Origin: an uncultured Actinomycetes bacterium
GTDB lineage: Bacteria; Actinomycetota; UBA4738; HRBIN12
DNA length: 64,000 bases
Assembly: GCA_963704885.1 (NCBI GenBank)
Contig: CAVPIB010000001.1
Location: forward strand, 256,001-320,000
Direction: 5' to 3'
A model generated the notes under the pieces. The model had not been told where the DNA came from. It did not search any database and saw nothing but the letters and a program-made list of their open reading frames with translations. Positions within the stretch are counted from its first letter, which is position 1. Every line of letters begins with the position of its first letter. Position numbers and translations under genes: made by a program. Of the stretch, positions 41,288-50,717 are shown one piece after another.

Positions 41288-41973
41288 GCGACGCGAACCA
41301 GCATCCCGAGACGATCTATGCGCTGTACCCGGTGTTCCGCGCGCGCGACGGATTCCGTGACCTGTCGGCCGACGCGTTGGCCGACGTGGTGCAAGAGGTG
41401 GAGAACCTCTATAAGGCCTTCGAAGATCGGGTCGAGGTTCGCGGCACGTATTCGACCGTGGCGTTCCGTAGCGACGCCGACCTCATGCTTTGGCTGGTGG
41501 GGCGGACGCCCGAGGACGTTCAGTCGTTCGTGGCGGAGTTCCGCCGGACGCAGGCGGGTCGCCTCACCGACATCGCATGGACGTTCATGGGGGTCGTCAA
41601 GCCGGCCGAGTTCACTGCCGACCATCAGCCCGCGTTCGTGAAGGGCGAGCCGCCGAAGGACTACCTCTGTGTATATCCGTTCGTGCGAACGCCGGAGTGG
41701 TACCTGTTGCCTCGTGAGGAGCGAGGGGCGCTCTTGGCCGATCATGGCATCATCGGCCGCGAGTTCCCCGAGGTCCTTGCCAACACCACCAGCGCCTTCG
41801 GCCTGGGCGACTGGGAATGGATCCTGGCGTTCGAGGCGGACCGGGCGGACACGCTCGTCGATTGCATCCGTCGTCTGCGTGACGCGAAGGCCCGGCTCTA
41901 CACCAAGGAAGAGATCCCGTTCATCACTGGCATGCGCAAGAGCGTGGCCGGCGCTCTCGCCGATCTCGCGTGA
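41284..41973 (+). CDS. hemQ: Coproheme decarboxylase (HemQ/ChdC)
   Basis: RGTYS...R.DADLMLW, AEF..DH.P, VYPFVR..EWY, NTT.AFGLGDWEW. Confidence 0.95.
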   Translation: MSDANQHPETIYALYPVFRARDGFRDLSADALADVVQEVENLYKAFEDRVEVRGTYSTVAFRSDADLMLWLVGRTPEDVQSFVAEFRRTQAGRLTDIAWTFMGVVKPAEFTADHQPAFVKGEPPKDYLCVYPFVRTPEWYLLPREERGALLADHGIIGREFPEVLANTTSAFGLGDWEWILAFEADRADTLVDCIRRLRDAKARLYTKEEIPFITGMRKSVAGALADLA

Positions 41974-41988
41974 CTAGTCCGTATCAGA

Positions 41989-42810
41989 CTAGTGGCCCGG
42001 CTCCGCTGCGGCCCCTGCCAGGACGTCGGCGGCGTGGTCGGGGACTTCCGTGTAGAGATCACGCGGCGGGCGGATGTACCCGTCGTCCCTCTGACGGGAC
42101 GGAAGCTCGACTTCGGGGAGCGGCTTCTCTTCGTACGGGATCTTCGAGAGCAGGTGAGCCATGCAGTTGATGCGTGCGCGCTTCTTGCTGTCCGCGTCCA
42201 CCACGTACCAGGGCGCCTCTGGGATGTCTGTGTGCACGAACATCTCGTCCTTCGCGCGTGAGTAGTCGACCCATTTGCTCCGCGAGAACAGGTCGGTCTC
42301 GGAGAGCTTCCAGCGGCGCATGGGATCCGTGATCCGAGCCCCGAACCGACGCTCCTGCTCCTCGTCGCTCACCGAGAACCAGTACTTGATCAGGATGATG
42401 CCGTCTTCCACCAGGAGCCGTTCGAAGATCGGGCACTGACGCAGGAACCGGTAGTACTCGACGGGCGTGCAGAAACCCAGCACGTGCTCGATCCCGGCGC
42501 GGTTGTACCAGCTTCGATCGAACAGGGCGATCTCGCCGCCCGCCGGCAGCTGCTCCACGTACCGCTGGAAGTACCACTGGGTCGTTTGGCGCTCCGTAGG
42601 CTTCGGCAACGCGATGTGCTTGGTGATGCGCGGATTCATGTGTTCTGCCATGCGCTTGATCGTGCCGCCTTTGCCGGCCGCGTCGCGTCCCTCGAAGATA
42701 ACGACCACGCGCACCCCGGCCGCATACACCCACTCTTCCATCTTCACTAGCTCCTCTTGCAGCCGGAAGAGCTCCTTCTCGTAGAGCTTCTTGGGGAACT
42801 TCTCGCGCAT
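41989..42810 (-). CDS. ppk2: Polyphosphate kinase 2
   Basis: FEGRDAAGKGG, QWYFQRY, FDRSWYNRAG.E. Confidence 0.96.
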   Translation of the reverse strand: MREKFPKKLYEKELFRLQEELVKMEEWVYAAGVRVVVIFEGRDAAGKGGTIKRMAEHMNPRITKHIALPKPTERQTTQWYFQRYVEQLPAGGEIALFDRSWYNRAGIEHVLGFCTPVEYYRFLRQCPIFERLLVEDGIILIKYWFSVSDEEQERRFGARITDPMRRWKLSETDLFSRSKWVDYSRAKDEMFVHTDIPEAPWYVVDADSKKRARINCMAHLLSKIPYEEKPLPEVELPSRQRDDGYIRPPRDLYTEVPDHAADVLAGAAAEPGH

Positions 42811-42820
42811 GGGCTGGACG

Positions 42821-43474
42821 TTACCCCAGCGAGGTCAGGTCGGTCACGACCTGATGGCTGTGGGGATCGGAGGGCACGTCCTCGTTGGGACGCAGGATCA
42901 GACGGGTGGCGATGCCGACCGCCGCGGCCCCGTCGCAATAGTCGGGCTGATCATCCACGAAGACGGCTCTGGACGGATCTATGCCTCCGGCCTCCTCCAG
43001 TGCCCTCATGTAGATCCCGGCATCCGGCTTCATGACGCCCGCCTCGAACGAAAGGACCAGGTGATCGAACGCGTCGACCAGGCGAAGGCGTTCCACGACC
43101 GGACGCGTCGAGTGGGAGCAGTTGCTCACCAGGACGGTCTGGACGCCGCGCTCGCGGAGCGATCGAACCACCGGCAACACATCGGCGTAGAGATGAACGC
43201 GGCGCGTGAGCTCGTAGCGTTCCAGGGCGACCAGCTCCCGCACGAGTTCGGGCGTCGGCTCGATCGCCGCGGCTCGGAGCACGGCGACCATGTCGCCATC
43301 GGCGTCGGGATACGTGCCCACGCCCCGTGCCGGACGGGTGAGCTCGAACGCTCTCGTCAGTGCCTTGGCGTCGATCCCGATTCGCGTGGCGATCAGATCG
43401 CGCAGCTTGCCCCACTCGCTCCACACGATCGTGTCGTAGAGGTCGAGCAGCACGGCGTCGAAGGGCTGAGGCAT
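42821..43474 (-). CDS. HAD-superfamily hydrolase
   Basis: LLDLYDT, VSN, KPD, FVDD motifs. Confidence 0.9.
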   Translation of the reverse strand: MPQPFDAVLLDLYDTIVWSEWGKLRDLIATRIGIDAKALTRAFELTRPARGVGTYPDADGDMVAVLRAAAIEPTPELVRELVALERYELTRRVHLYADVLPVVRSLRERGVQTVLVSNCSHSTRPVVERLRLVDAFDHLVLSFEAGVMKPDAGIYMRALEEAGGIDPSRAVFVDDQPDYCDGAAAVGIATRLILRPNEDVPSDPHSHQVVTDLTSLG

Positions 43475-43537
43475 CGTGGAAGAGTAGTGGAGGGAACCTC
43501 TTGATCGCCCTTTTCTTCGGCAGGCTCTCAGCAGAAC

Positions 43538-44083
43538 ATGGTCCTCGCGCATCCATGTGATGTGCGAGTGGAGGAAGGCGTCGTGAGTGTTCCCGCTGAA
43601 CGTGTCGAGGCATGGGCCCGTTTCGACACGTTCTTCGAGGAAGAACGCGAGCGCCTGTTCAAGGCCCTCTACTTCGTCACGGGGAACCGCGAGGACGCGG
43701 AGGAGCTCACGCAGGATGCGTTCCTGCGCCTGTGGGAACGGTGGGGCGACATCGATCGGATCGACGACCCCACCGGTTACCTCTTCCGCGTGGCTCTGAA
43801 CGGGTTCCGGATGCGGCGCCGCCGAGCGGCGACCGCGCTCCTAAAGCTCGCCCCGGTAACGGAATCCCCGGACGCGTTCCTCGAGGCGGAGATGCGAGCA
43901 GATGTTCGCCAACTCCTTCAACAGGTCACGCCGAGGCAGCGGGCTGCGCTCCTGCTCGTCGATCTGCTCGGGTACTCACCCGAGCAGGCGGCACGCATCC
44001 TGCGTATTCGGCCGTCGACGGTTCGGGCCCTAGCCACGCAGGGCCGACGGACCCTGAGAGCGGAAGGAGCGCGGGATGCCTGA
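43538..44083 (+). CDS. ECF RNA polymerase sigma factor (SigE-like)
   Basis: DAEELTQDAFLRLWERW region 2; TPRQRAALLL..LGYS..QAARIL region 4. Confidence 0.9.
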   Translation: MVLAHPCDVRVEEGVVSVPAERVEAWARFDTFFEEERERLFKALYFVTGNREDAEELTQDAFLRLWERWGDIDRIDDPTGYLFRVALNGFRMRRRRAATALLKLAPVTESPDAFLEAEMRADVRQLLQQVTPRQRAALLLVDLLGYSPEQAARILRIRPSTVRALATQGRRTLRAEGARDA

Positions 44084-45926
44084 CGTGCAGGAGGTGTTCC
44101 GCATGTCGACGCAGAAGGTCCACCAAGAACCGGGCGCCATGGAACGACAACTCATCAGGCAGCGCAGGGCTGCTCGGAACCGAAGCTAGGAGCCTTCGGC
44201 GCGCAGCGAGCGCGGTCGCGCGTGTGAGAAGCGCAAGCTAGGAGCCTTCGCGGTCGCTGCAGCGATCGTCGCGGTCGCGACCGTCGTGGTCGTCTCGAAC
44301 GTGGATAGCAAGGAAGCGCCCGCCGTCGCGACGCAACCTCCCCCGATAGACGCGCAGACCGGACCCTATTTCCTCGATCTTCGGACCGGCGAGATGACCC
44401 CGCTGCCCCAGAACATCGGCGGCGGCTTGAACTACCCCGTTTCCCCCGACGGCACGATGTTCGCGTACAACCCGTGTTGCGATCCTCCGGTCGCGGTTTC
44501 CGTTGCGAACGTGGACGGGACGGCTGCCCGCCAAGTCACGCCTGATGGCGTCGACGCCTACGGCGCTCGGTGGTTACCAGACGGTCACTCGCTCGCGTAC
44601 CAGATCCGAGTGTGAAGGAGATCGACGTCGGCTTCGGCCGATCGGTCGCGGTCGGTAGCGACTGCATCTGGGTCGCCGTCGACGACGACGACACGAGCAA
44701 CGGTGGGCATCTCCTCTGCGTGGCTCCGGGCTCGATGGACGTACTGCATCGGATCCCAGTCCCGGCTGTCCCGAGCGCTGTGGAGGGCGGCGGTGGGATG
44801 GCCGTCGGTGGGGGCGCGGTGTGGGTGGGAGGGACGAAGTGGTTCCCAGAGCGCGGGTCTGGCTCGGCGGTTGTCACGCGGGTCGACGAAGGGACGGGCC
44901 GAACCATCGAGATCCCGCTCAGCCTCGGTTCCCCCCAACAGGGTGAGACTGAAAGCGTCACGGACCTAGCGCACGTGCCGACCGATTGTGGGTGTACGTC
45001 TCCAGAGGCACCGACGAGCCGGCCGATCCGGGAACTCGATGCGGGAACCGGCGACGTGCTGTTGCGACTTTCTCTCGACACGATGTTCCACCAGGCTCGG
45101 ATCGCCGGGGGGTTCGGCTCGGTCTGGGTAACGATCGAGCAGGGCATCCAGCGGGGAGGAGAGGTTCTTCGGGTGGATCCAAGCACCGGTGATGTGGTTG
45201 CGCATATCCCTTGGGAAGGATCGGTGGCTCCGATCGCGGCCACGCGCACTGGCATGTGGGTAGCGAACGGAGAGGTCGCGCTCGGACAGATCGACCCATC
45301 GACCAACCGTGTCGATCCGATCCGATCGAACCTCACGTCCACCCCCTTCCTCGTCCACGATGGTGATACGGGGCTTACGTGGTTCCGTGCCTCGACCGAG
45401 AACGGCTCCGTCATCTCCTACCTGCGCCTGTCTGACCACGACGGCGGACCTCAGACCGGAGGGTTCCCGCACGAAGACCCACCGATCGCACTTGCGGTAT
45501 CTCCAGGCTCTGTGTATCTGTGGATCCTGACGTACGACGGGCGGCTCGTGGGACCTGTGGGCGGTTCCCGTGGCAGGAGGTGAGCCTACGCTCGTGCGGC
45601 GCAACGCCAGCTTCGGCGTCTACGACCCCGACGGGATCGACATCGCGTACCTCGAGGCGCCGCAAGACTTCTCTTCCCCGGCCCTCTACCTGGCAAGTTC
45701 GGGCGGCGATCGGGTGAGGCCGCTCGTGGAGGGAGACGCGATCTCGTGGCCCCGATGGTCACCCGACGGGACCAGGATCGTCTACGCCGACGACGGGGAG
45801 ATCTACATCGTTGAGGTCGCCACGGGACAGTCCTTCGTCGTCGCGGAAGGCGCGACGGCCGAGTGGTTCGACGACGACACGCTGGTCGTCGCACCCGGTG
45901 GGCGGTTGCTGCGGCGAGTGGAGTGA
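44076..45926 (+). pseudogene. Disrupted TM-anchored TolB/PD40 beta-propeller protein (putative sigma partner) carrying an internal foreign segment
   Basis: MPDVQEVFRMSTQK...TM...VSPDG...WLPDG (to 44615), and WDLWAVP..YDPDG..WPRWSPDG (about 45545-45926), all in one frame. Interrupted by TAG at 44187 and an out-of-frame segment at ~44610-45545. Confidence 0.65.
44183..44250 (+). repeat. 16-bp direct repeat AAGCTAGGAGCCTTCG
   Basis: Copies at 44183-44198 and 44235-44250. Confidence 0.9.
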
Positions 45927-45951
45927 TCCAGCCGATCTCGGATGCCGGGAA

Positions 45952-45976
45952 GCCCGGTCCCATGGGGGGGCCGGGC
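45952..45976. terminator. GC-rich hairpin between convergent genes
   Basis: GCCCGGTCCC-loop-GGGGCCGGGC (one G:T pair) between the stops at 45926 and 45984. Confidence 0.55.
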
Positions 45977-45983
45977 CTCGGCC

Positions 45984-48020
45984 TCATTCGGCCCAGAGGC
46001 CGGCGAGGAACGCGTCGACGTCCGCCGTGCCGTCGAGCCGGGCGTCCACATCGGGCAGCGGCAACACCTCGGGCGCGACCTCGTCGAAAAGGCCCCGAAC
46101 CTCGTCCGGCAGGAACCGAGTGAGCTGCGCGTAGCTGTGCGGATCCTCCAGGCCCCGGGGGCGCCGGTAGTACCGCTGGGGGAACGAGATGTGTAGCGCG
46201 TCCCGCGCCCGGGTCATCGCCACGTACAGCAGGCGACGCTCCTCCTCGATCTCGTCGTCGTCACCCGTGGCCATGTCCGAAGGGATCATGCCGTCGGCCG
46301 CGTGGATCACGTGGACGACGTCCCACTCCAGGCCCTTCGCCGAATGGATCGTGGACAGGACCAGGTAGTCCTCGTCCAACAGCGGTGGGCCTGCCAGGTC
46401 CCCGGTCGATGACGGCGGATCCAGCGTCAGCTCGGATACGAACCGGCCGCGCGTCTCGTAGCCGCTCGCGAGCAGCTCCAACTGCTCGAGGTCGCGTGCC
46501 CGGGCGCCCGGGGCGTCGTATCGCTTCGCGAGCACCGGCTCCAGGAACCTCCGCAGCCGGTCCAGCTGGGCCGCCGGTGGCATCCGGGTCTCGTCCGTCA
46601 GGCAGTCGCCGAGGGCGGTCCGCAGCTCCCTGACACCGTCGCCCGCTCCCTTCGGCACGGCGACCGGCTCCTCCAGGAAGCGAACGAGCGGAGAAGGCTG
46701 GTCGTCGCTCACACGCCGGACGCCGAGCTGATCCATCAGCCGCCTGGCGGTCGCGGGTCCCATGCCGTCAGGGAGCTGCAGCACGCGGAACCAGCTCACC
46801 TCGTCGAACGGGTTCTCCAGTATGCGGAGCAGCGCCAGCGCGTCCTTCACGTGCGCCGCTTCCATGAACTTCAGTCCCCCGTACTTCACGAACGGGATGT
46901 TGCGCCGCGCAAGCTCCACCTCGAGGAGGTCGGAATGATGCGCCGCGCGGAACAGCACGGCCTGATGCTTCAGCGGTACGCCCTCCTCGCGGTGCTGGAG
47001 CACAGCGCGGCAGACCGCGTCGCACTGCTCCGCCTCGTCGAGGCAGGTGCGAAGGACCGGTCGGTACGCTCCGTCGCGCGATGACCAGAGCGTCTTCTCA
47101 TGGCGCTGCGGTGACAGCGCGATCGCCGCGTTGGACGCGGCCAAGATCGGCGGTGTGGACCTGTAGTTCTGTTCCAGGCGGATCACGGTCGCGCCGGGGA
47201 ACCGCTCCGGGAACTCCAGGATGTTGCGAACGGTGGCCGCGCGGAACGCGTAGATCGACTGTGCGTCGTCCCCGACCACCGTGAGGTTGCGAGGCGTGTC
47301 CGGCGGTCGCATCCCTTCGAGGATGTCGGCCTGCAGCGTGTTCGTGTCCTGGTACTCGTCGACCAGTATGTGATCGAACATGGTGGCCAAGGGCTCGCGC
47401 GTCTGCGGCGACGTGGCGATCGCCTTCCAGAACAGCAACAGGTCGTCGTAGTCCATGACGTTCTGTTCGCGCTTGCGCGCCGTGTAGGCCTGGAAGATCT
47501 GGCGGATACCGTCGCCCTCGTCCAGGCACCACGGATAGTGGCGCTTCAGCACGTCGCCCAGCTTCTCGCCGGCGTTGACCGTTCGCGAGTAGATCGCCGC
47601 GAGCGTCTCCTTGCGGGGGAATCGTCGTTCGCGCTGGGCGAACCCCAGCTCCTGGCGGAGAAGGTTCATCACGTCGGCGCCGTCTGACTGGTCGAGCACG
47701 GTGAAATCCGGGCGCAAACCGAGCGGTCGGCCGTGCAGCCGTAGGAGCCGGTTAGCTACCGCATGGAACGTTCCACCCCAGACACGGCCCGTCTCGCGAT
47801 GACCGCTGACGCGCTCGGCGCGGGAGAGCATCTCGCGGGCGGCGCGCCGACTGAACGTCAGCAGCAGGATGCGTTCCGGGCGGATCCCGCTTTTCACCAG
47901 ATGACCGACGCGACAGGCGAGGGTCATGGTCTTGCCCGTTCCGGCGCCCGCCACGATCAGGAGCGGACCCTCACCGTGCGCCGCCGCCGCGCGCTGTTCT
48001 GGGTTGAGGTCGTCGAACAT
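45984..48020 (-). CDS. ATP-dependent helicase, UvrD/Rep/PcrA family
   Basis: AGAGTGKT, TFH, DEYQD, VGDDAQSIY.FR, LEQNYRS, STIHSAKGLEW, EERRLLYVAMTRA. Confidence 0.96.
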   Translation of the reverse strand: MFDDLNPEQRAAAAHGEGPLLIVAGAGTGKTMTLACRVGHLVKSGIRPERILLLTFSRRAAREMLSRAERVSGHRETGRVWGGTFHAVANRLLRLHGRPLGLRPDFTVLDQSDGADVMNLLRQELGFAQRERRFPRKETLAAIYSRTVNAGEKLGDVLKRHYPWCLDEGDGIRQIFQAYTARKREQNVMDYDDLLLFWKAIATSPQTREPLATMFDHILVDEYQDTNTLQADILEGMRPPDTPRNLTVVGDDAQSIYAFRAATVRNILEFPERFPGATVIRLEQNYRSTPPILAASNAAIALSPQRHEKTLWSSRDGAYRPVLRTCLDEAEQCDAVCRAVLQHREEGVPLKHQAVLFRAAHHSDLLEVELARRNIPFVKYGGLKFMEAAHVKDALALLRILENPFDEVSWFRVLQLPDGMGPATARRLMDQLGVRRVSDDQPSPLVRFLEEPVAVPKGAGDGVRELRTALGDCLTDETRMPPAAQLDRLRRFLEPVLAKRYDAPGARARDLEQLELLASGYETRGRFVSELTLDPPSSTGDLAGPPLLDEDYLVLSTIHSAKGLEWDVVHVIHAADGMIPSDMATGDDDEIEEERRLLYVAMTRARDALHISFPQRYYRRPRGLEDPHSYAQLTRFLPDEVRGLFDEVAPEVLPLPDVDARLDGTADVDAFLAGLWAE

Positions 48021-48091
48021 GTGTTCGGACCCTACAGCGGTTGGGCGACGCGGTCTAGGATGCGCCGCATGACGAAGGAGCTGAGCACCAG

Positions 48092-48544
48092 GTGAGCGTG
48101 AGGCGAAGCGCAGGCCTGCGTGCGTGGTTCGTGCGCATGGGGTTCGTGGCTGTGTCGTTCGTGTCGCTATGGCTGTCTCAGATCGCCGACCAGCGGTTCC
48201 GGGAGACGGTGGCGACGGCCGCGCGATTCGACCTTCGTCTATGGTCCGCGACCATCACTCCGCTCATCCTTGCGGGCGCCTTCTTCACGATCGCCGCTCG
48301 ATTCCCTTTCCCCCGCCCCCGGTTCGCTTGGGGGCGCCTCGTGCTCGCGGTAGCGGCGGCGATCCCGGCCGTGCACATGGGGTTCGTCCTGTGGGCCCCA
48401 CAGTTCGCCGTGCGTTGGCCGACGTTCCTGATCATCCCGCGTTGGTTCGATGGGGGTTCGGTTCCCGCGGTTTGCGCCGTACTGGTCGGCGTGGCGATCG
48501 GGTCGGGATTCGGTGCACGGCGCGAGCCGGCGAGGTCGTCGTGA
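48092..48544 (+). CDS. Hypothetical membrane protein
   Basis: Four hydrophobic segments; AAGGAG upstream. Confidence 0.55.
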   Translation: MSVRRSAGLRAWFVRMGFVAVSFVSLWLSQIADQRFRETVATAARFDLRLWSATITPLILAGAFFTIAARFPFPRPRFAWGRLVLAVAAAIPAVHMGFVLWAPQFAVRWPTFLIIPRWFDGGSVPAVCAVLVGVAIGSGFGARREPARSS

Positions 48545-48575
48545 GCCGTGATGCAACTCCCGGTACGCTCAACCC

Positions 48576-49241
48576 ATGACGGACGCCGACGCGCGTATCC
48601 GGGTGACGACGGACGGCCCCTACCGAGTTCGAGGTGCCTTGCCGCTCGTCCGTGTGGCGCAGGTCGAGACGCAGTACGGCGAACCCGTGGACTGGACGAC
48701 TCCCGAACCGATCGGGGCCGGCCGTCGCTTCTCGCTCTGTAGGTGCGGTCGTTCCAAGACGAAGCCGTACTGCGACGACTCACACCTAGAGGGCTTCGAC
48801 GGCACCGAGGTGGCCGACCGCGGGCCGCGGGCGGACCGGGCGTCCACGTTCACCGGCGACGACATCGTGATGACGGACGATCTGTCGATCTGCTCGAAGG
48901 CGGGGTTCTGCAGGAACCGCGTCACTTCGGTCTGGGAGTTGATCGAAGGATCGTCCGATCCCGCAGCGCGGGAGCAAGCGAAGCGGATGATCTCCCTGTG
49001 CCCGTCTGGGCGGCTGGTGGAGGTGGCCGTGGACGGCGAAGATCCAGAACCCACGATAGAACCATCGGTCGCGGTGATCACGGATGGGCCTCTTTGGATC
49101 CGCGGAGGCATCCCGATCGAGTCGGAGGATGGTTCGGGGTACGAGGTCCGTAACCACATGACGCTCTGTCGCTGCGGTCACTCGTCGAACAAGCCGTTCT
49201 GCGACGGATCGCATCGCGATGTGGGGTTCCGTGACCCCTGA
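48576..49241 (+). CDS. CDGSH iron-sulfur protein (two CDGSH domains flanking a ferredoxin-like Cys domain)
   Basis: LCRCGRSKTKPYCDDSH; C...G.C and CPSG.L; LCRCGHSSNKPFCDGSH. Confidence 0.92.
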   Translation: MTDADARIRVTTDGPYRVRGALPLVRVAQVETQYGEPVDWTTPEPIGAGRRFSLCRCGRSKTKPYCDDSHLEGFDGTEVADRGPRADRASTFTGDDIVMTDDLSICSKAGFCRNRVTSVWELIEGSSDPAAREQAKRMISLCPSGRLVEVAVDGEDPEPTIEPSVAVITDGPLWIRGGIPIESEDGSGYEVRNHMTLCRCGHSSNKPFCDGSHRDVGFRDP

Positions 49242-49704
49242 TCCACCGCGGATCCGCGTGATCGCAGGTGGACCTCTGGTTGTGGATGGCGTTCCGCTCA
49301 CGAGGCTGGTGAAGGGCGATCCGGCGGAAGACGGTCCGCCGCATTGGGGCGCCGAGCCGGTTCCACGAGTGGGTGTTCGTTACGCCCTCTGTCGATGCGA
49401 CGGATCGTCCACCAAGCCACTGTGTGACCGGTGGCCGGATCGCCTGCCGTGTTTCGAAGAGCCGCCTCGCTCATCCGATCTCACGCCTGTCTTCACGTGG
49501 AGGCCACCCGATGGGGTGGAGGGACCCGTGGTCGCCCTCAAGCCCAGCGGGCCGGTCCGTGTTGGCGGCGGGGTACGGATCCAGCGCGAGGACGGCACCG
49601 CGCTCGACGAGGGTAAGCGCGTTTCGCTTTGTCGATGCGGTCACTCGAACCTGATGCCGTACTGCGACGGATCGCACAAGGAGGTGGGATTCCGTGACGG
49701 TTGA
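49219..49704 (+). CDS. CDGSH iron-sulfur protein (one variant and one canonical motif)
   Basis: LCRCDGSSTKPLCDRW and LCRCGHSNLMPYCDGSH. Confidence 0.85.
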   Translation: MWGSVTPDPPRIRVIAGGPLVVDGVPLTRLVKGDPAEDGPPHWGAEPVPRVGVRYALCRCDGSSTKPLCDRWPDRLPCFEEPPRSSDLTPVFTWRPPDGVEGPVVALKPSGPVRVGGGVRIQREDGTALDEGKRVSLCRCGHSNLMPYCDGSHKEVGFRDG

Positions 49705-50053
49705 GCGCGTGGCCTTGAGGGGCGTCGTCATCGATAGTGCCGATCCGCCGACGCTTGCTCAGTTCTGGATGGCGTTCACCGGTTACGTGTTCGAGCACGG
49801 GGATGAGACATGGGTCTCGCTCAGGTCGCCGGCGGGCGCGGATCGCATCTCGTTCCAGAAGGTGCCCGAGCCGAAGAGCGTCAAGAACCGTGTCCACCTG
49901 GACTTCACTGCGGACGACGAAGAAGCGACGGCGGTGTGGATCGAGTCGCTGGGTGCTTCACGCAGCTGGGTCTCCCAGGACCCAGACGACCCCTTCGTCG
50001 TCCTGGCCGATCCCGAAGGAAACGAGTTCTGCGTGGTTCGCGCCGAGGGATGA
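49694..50053 (+). CDS. VOC/glyoxalase-like family protein
   Basis: IDSADP..LAQFW, FQKVPEPK..KNRVHLD, LADPEGNEFCV. Confidence 0.92.
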   Translation: MTVERVALRGVVIDSADPPTLAQFWMAFTGYVFEHGDETWVSLRSPAGADRISFQKVPEPKSVKNRVHLDFTADDEEATAVWIESLGASRSWVSQDPDDPFVVLADPEGNEFCVVRAEG

Positions 50054-50070
50054 GCGCGGATGGCATCCGA

Positions 50071-50589
50071 TCAGGCGATGCCGACCAGCCCCAGCTCCTC
50101 GAGCAACTTGACGGGAACCACGTGACAGTAGGGCTCGTGACCGTTCTTCTCGTAGTAGGCCTGGTGGTAGTCCTCGGCTGGGTAGAACGCCGGGGCGGAT
50201 CGGATCTCGGTCGCGATCGGACGCGGGAACCTCGCCTGTGCGCGCGTGCGCGATACCTCAGCGGCCGCGAGCTGCCCGTCGTCGCTCGTGAAGATCACGC
50301 TCCGGTACTGGTCGCCGACGTCCGGGCCCTGCCGGTCCACCTGCGTCGGATCGTGCATGGCCCAGAAGACCTCGAGCAGCTGATCGAACGTCAGGAGGTC
50401 GTCGTCGAACGCAACGCGACAGACCTCGGCATGACCCGTCGTGTGAGAGCAGACTTCGCGGTACGTCGGATCCGGGGTGATACCTCCGCTGTAGCCGACC
50501 TCCACCGAAGTCACGCCGGGCACCCGGCGGAACACGTACTCCACACCCCAGAAGCACCCCGCCCCGAACGTCACGCTCTGATCCGCCAT
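50071..50589 (-). CDS. msrA: Peptide-methionine (S)-S-oxide reductase
   Basis: GAGCFWG, TGHAE, HDPT...QGPDVG.QYRS, AE.YHQ.Y. Confidence 0.97.
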   Translation of the reverse strand: MADQSVTFGAGCFWGVEYVFRRVPGVTSVEVGYSGGITPDPTYREVCSHTTGHAEVCRVAFDDDLLTFDQLLEVFWAMHDPTQVDRQGPDVGDQYRSVIFTSDDGQLAAAEVSRTRAQARFPRPIATEIRSAPAFYPAEDYHQAYYEKNGHEPYCHVVPVKLLEELGLVGIA

Positions 50590-50717
50590 CGCTCACTCTC
50601 CTTCCGCTCTCGTTCCATGGTGTCAGGGATGGCCCCGAACGTTGCACTCGACGCGGACTCCCAGACGCGGCACGGTCGCTGATAGGCTGCCCCTTCCTTA
50701 GTTTGAACGGAGATTCA

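Noticed and set aside
45984-48020. UvrD-like helicase as part of a defence system (e.g. Gabija)
   Set aside because: No adjacent nuclease or ATPase partner; looks like an ordinary stand-alone SF1 helicase.
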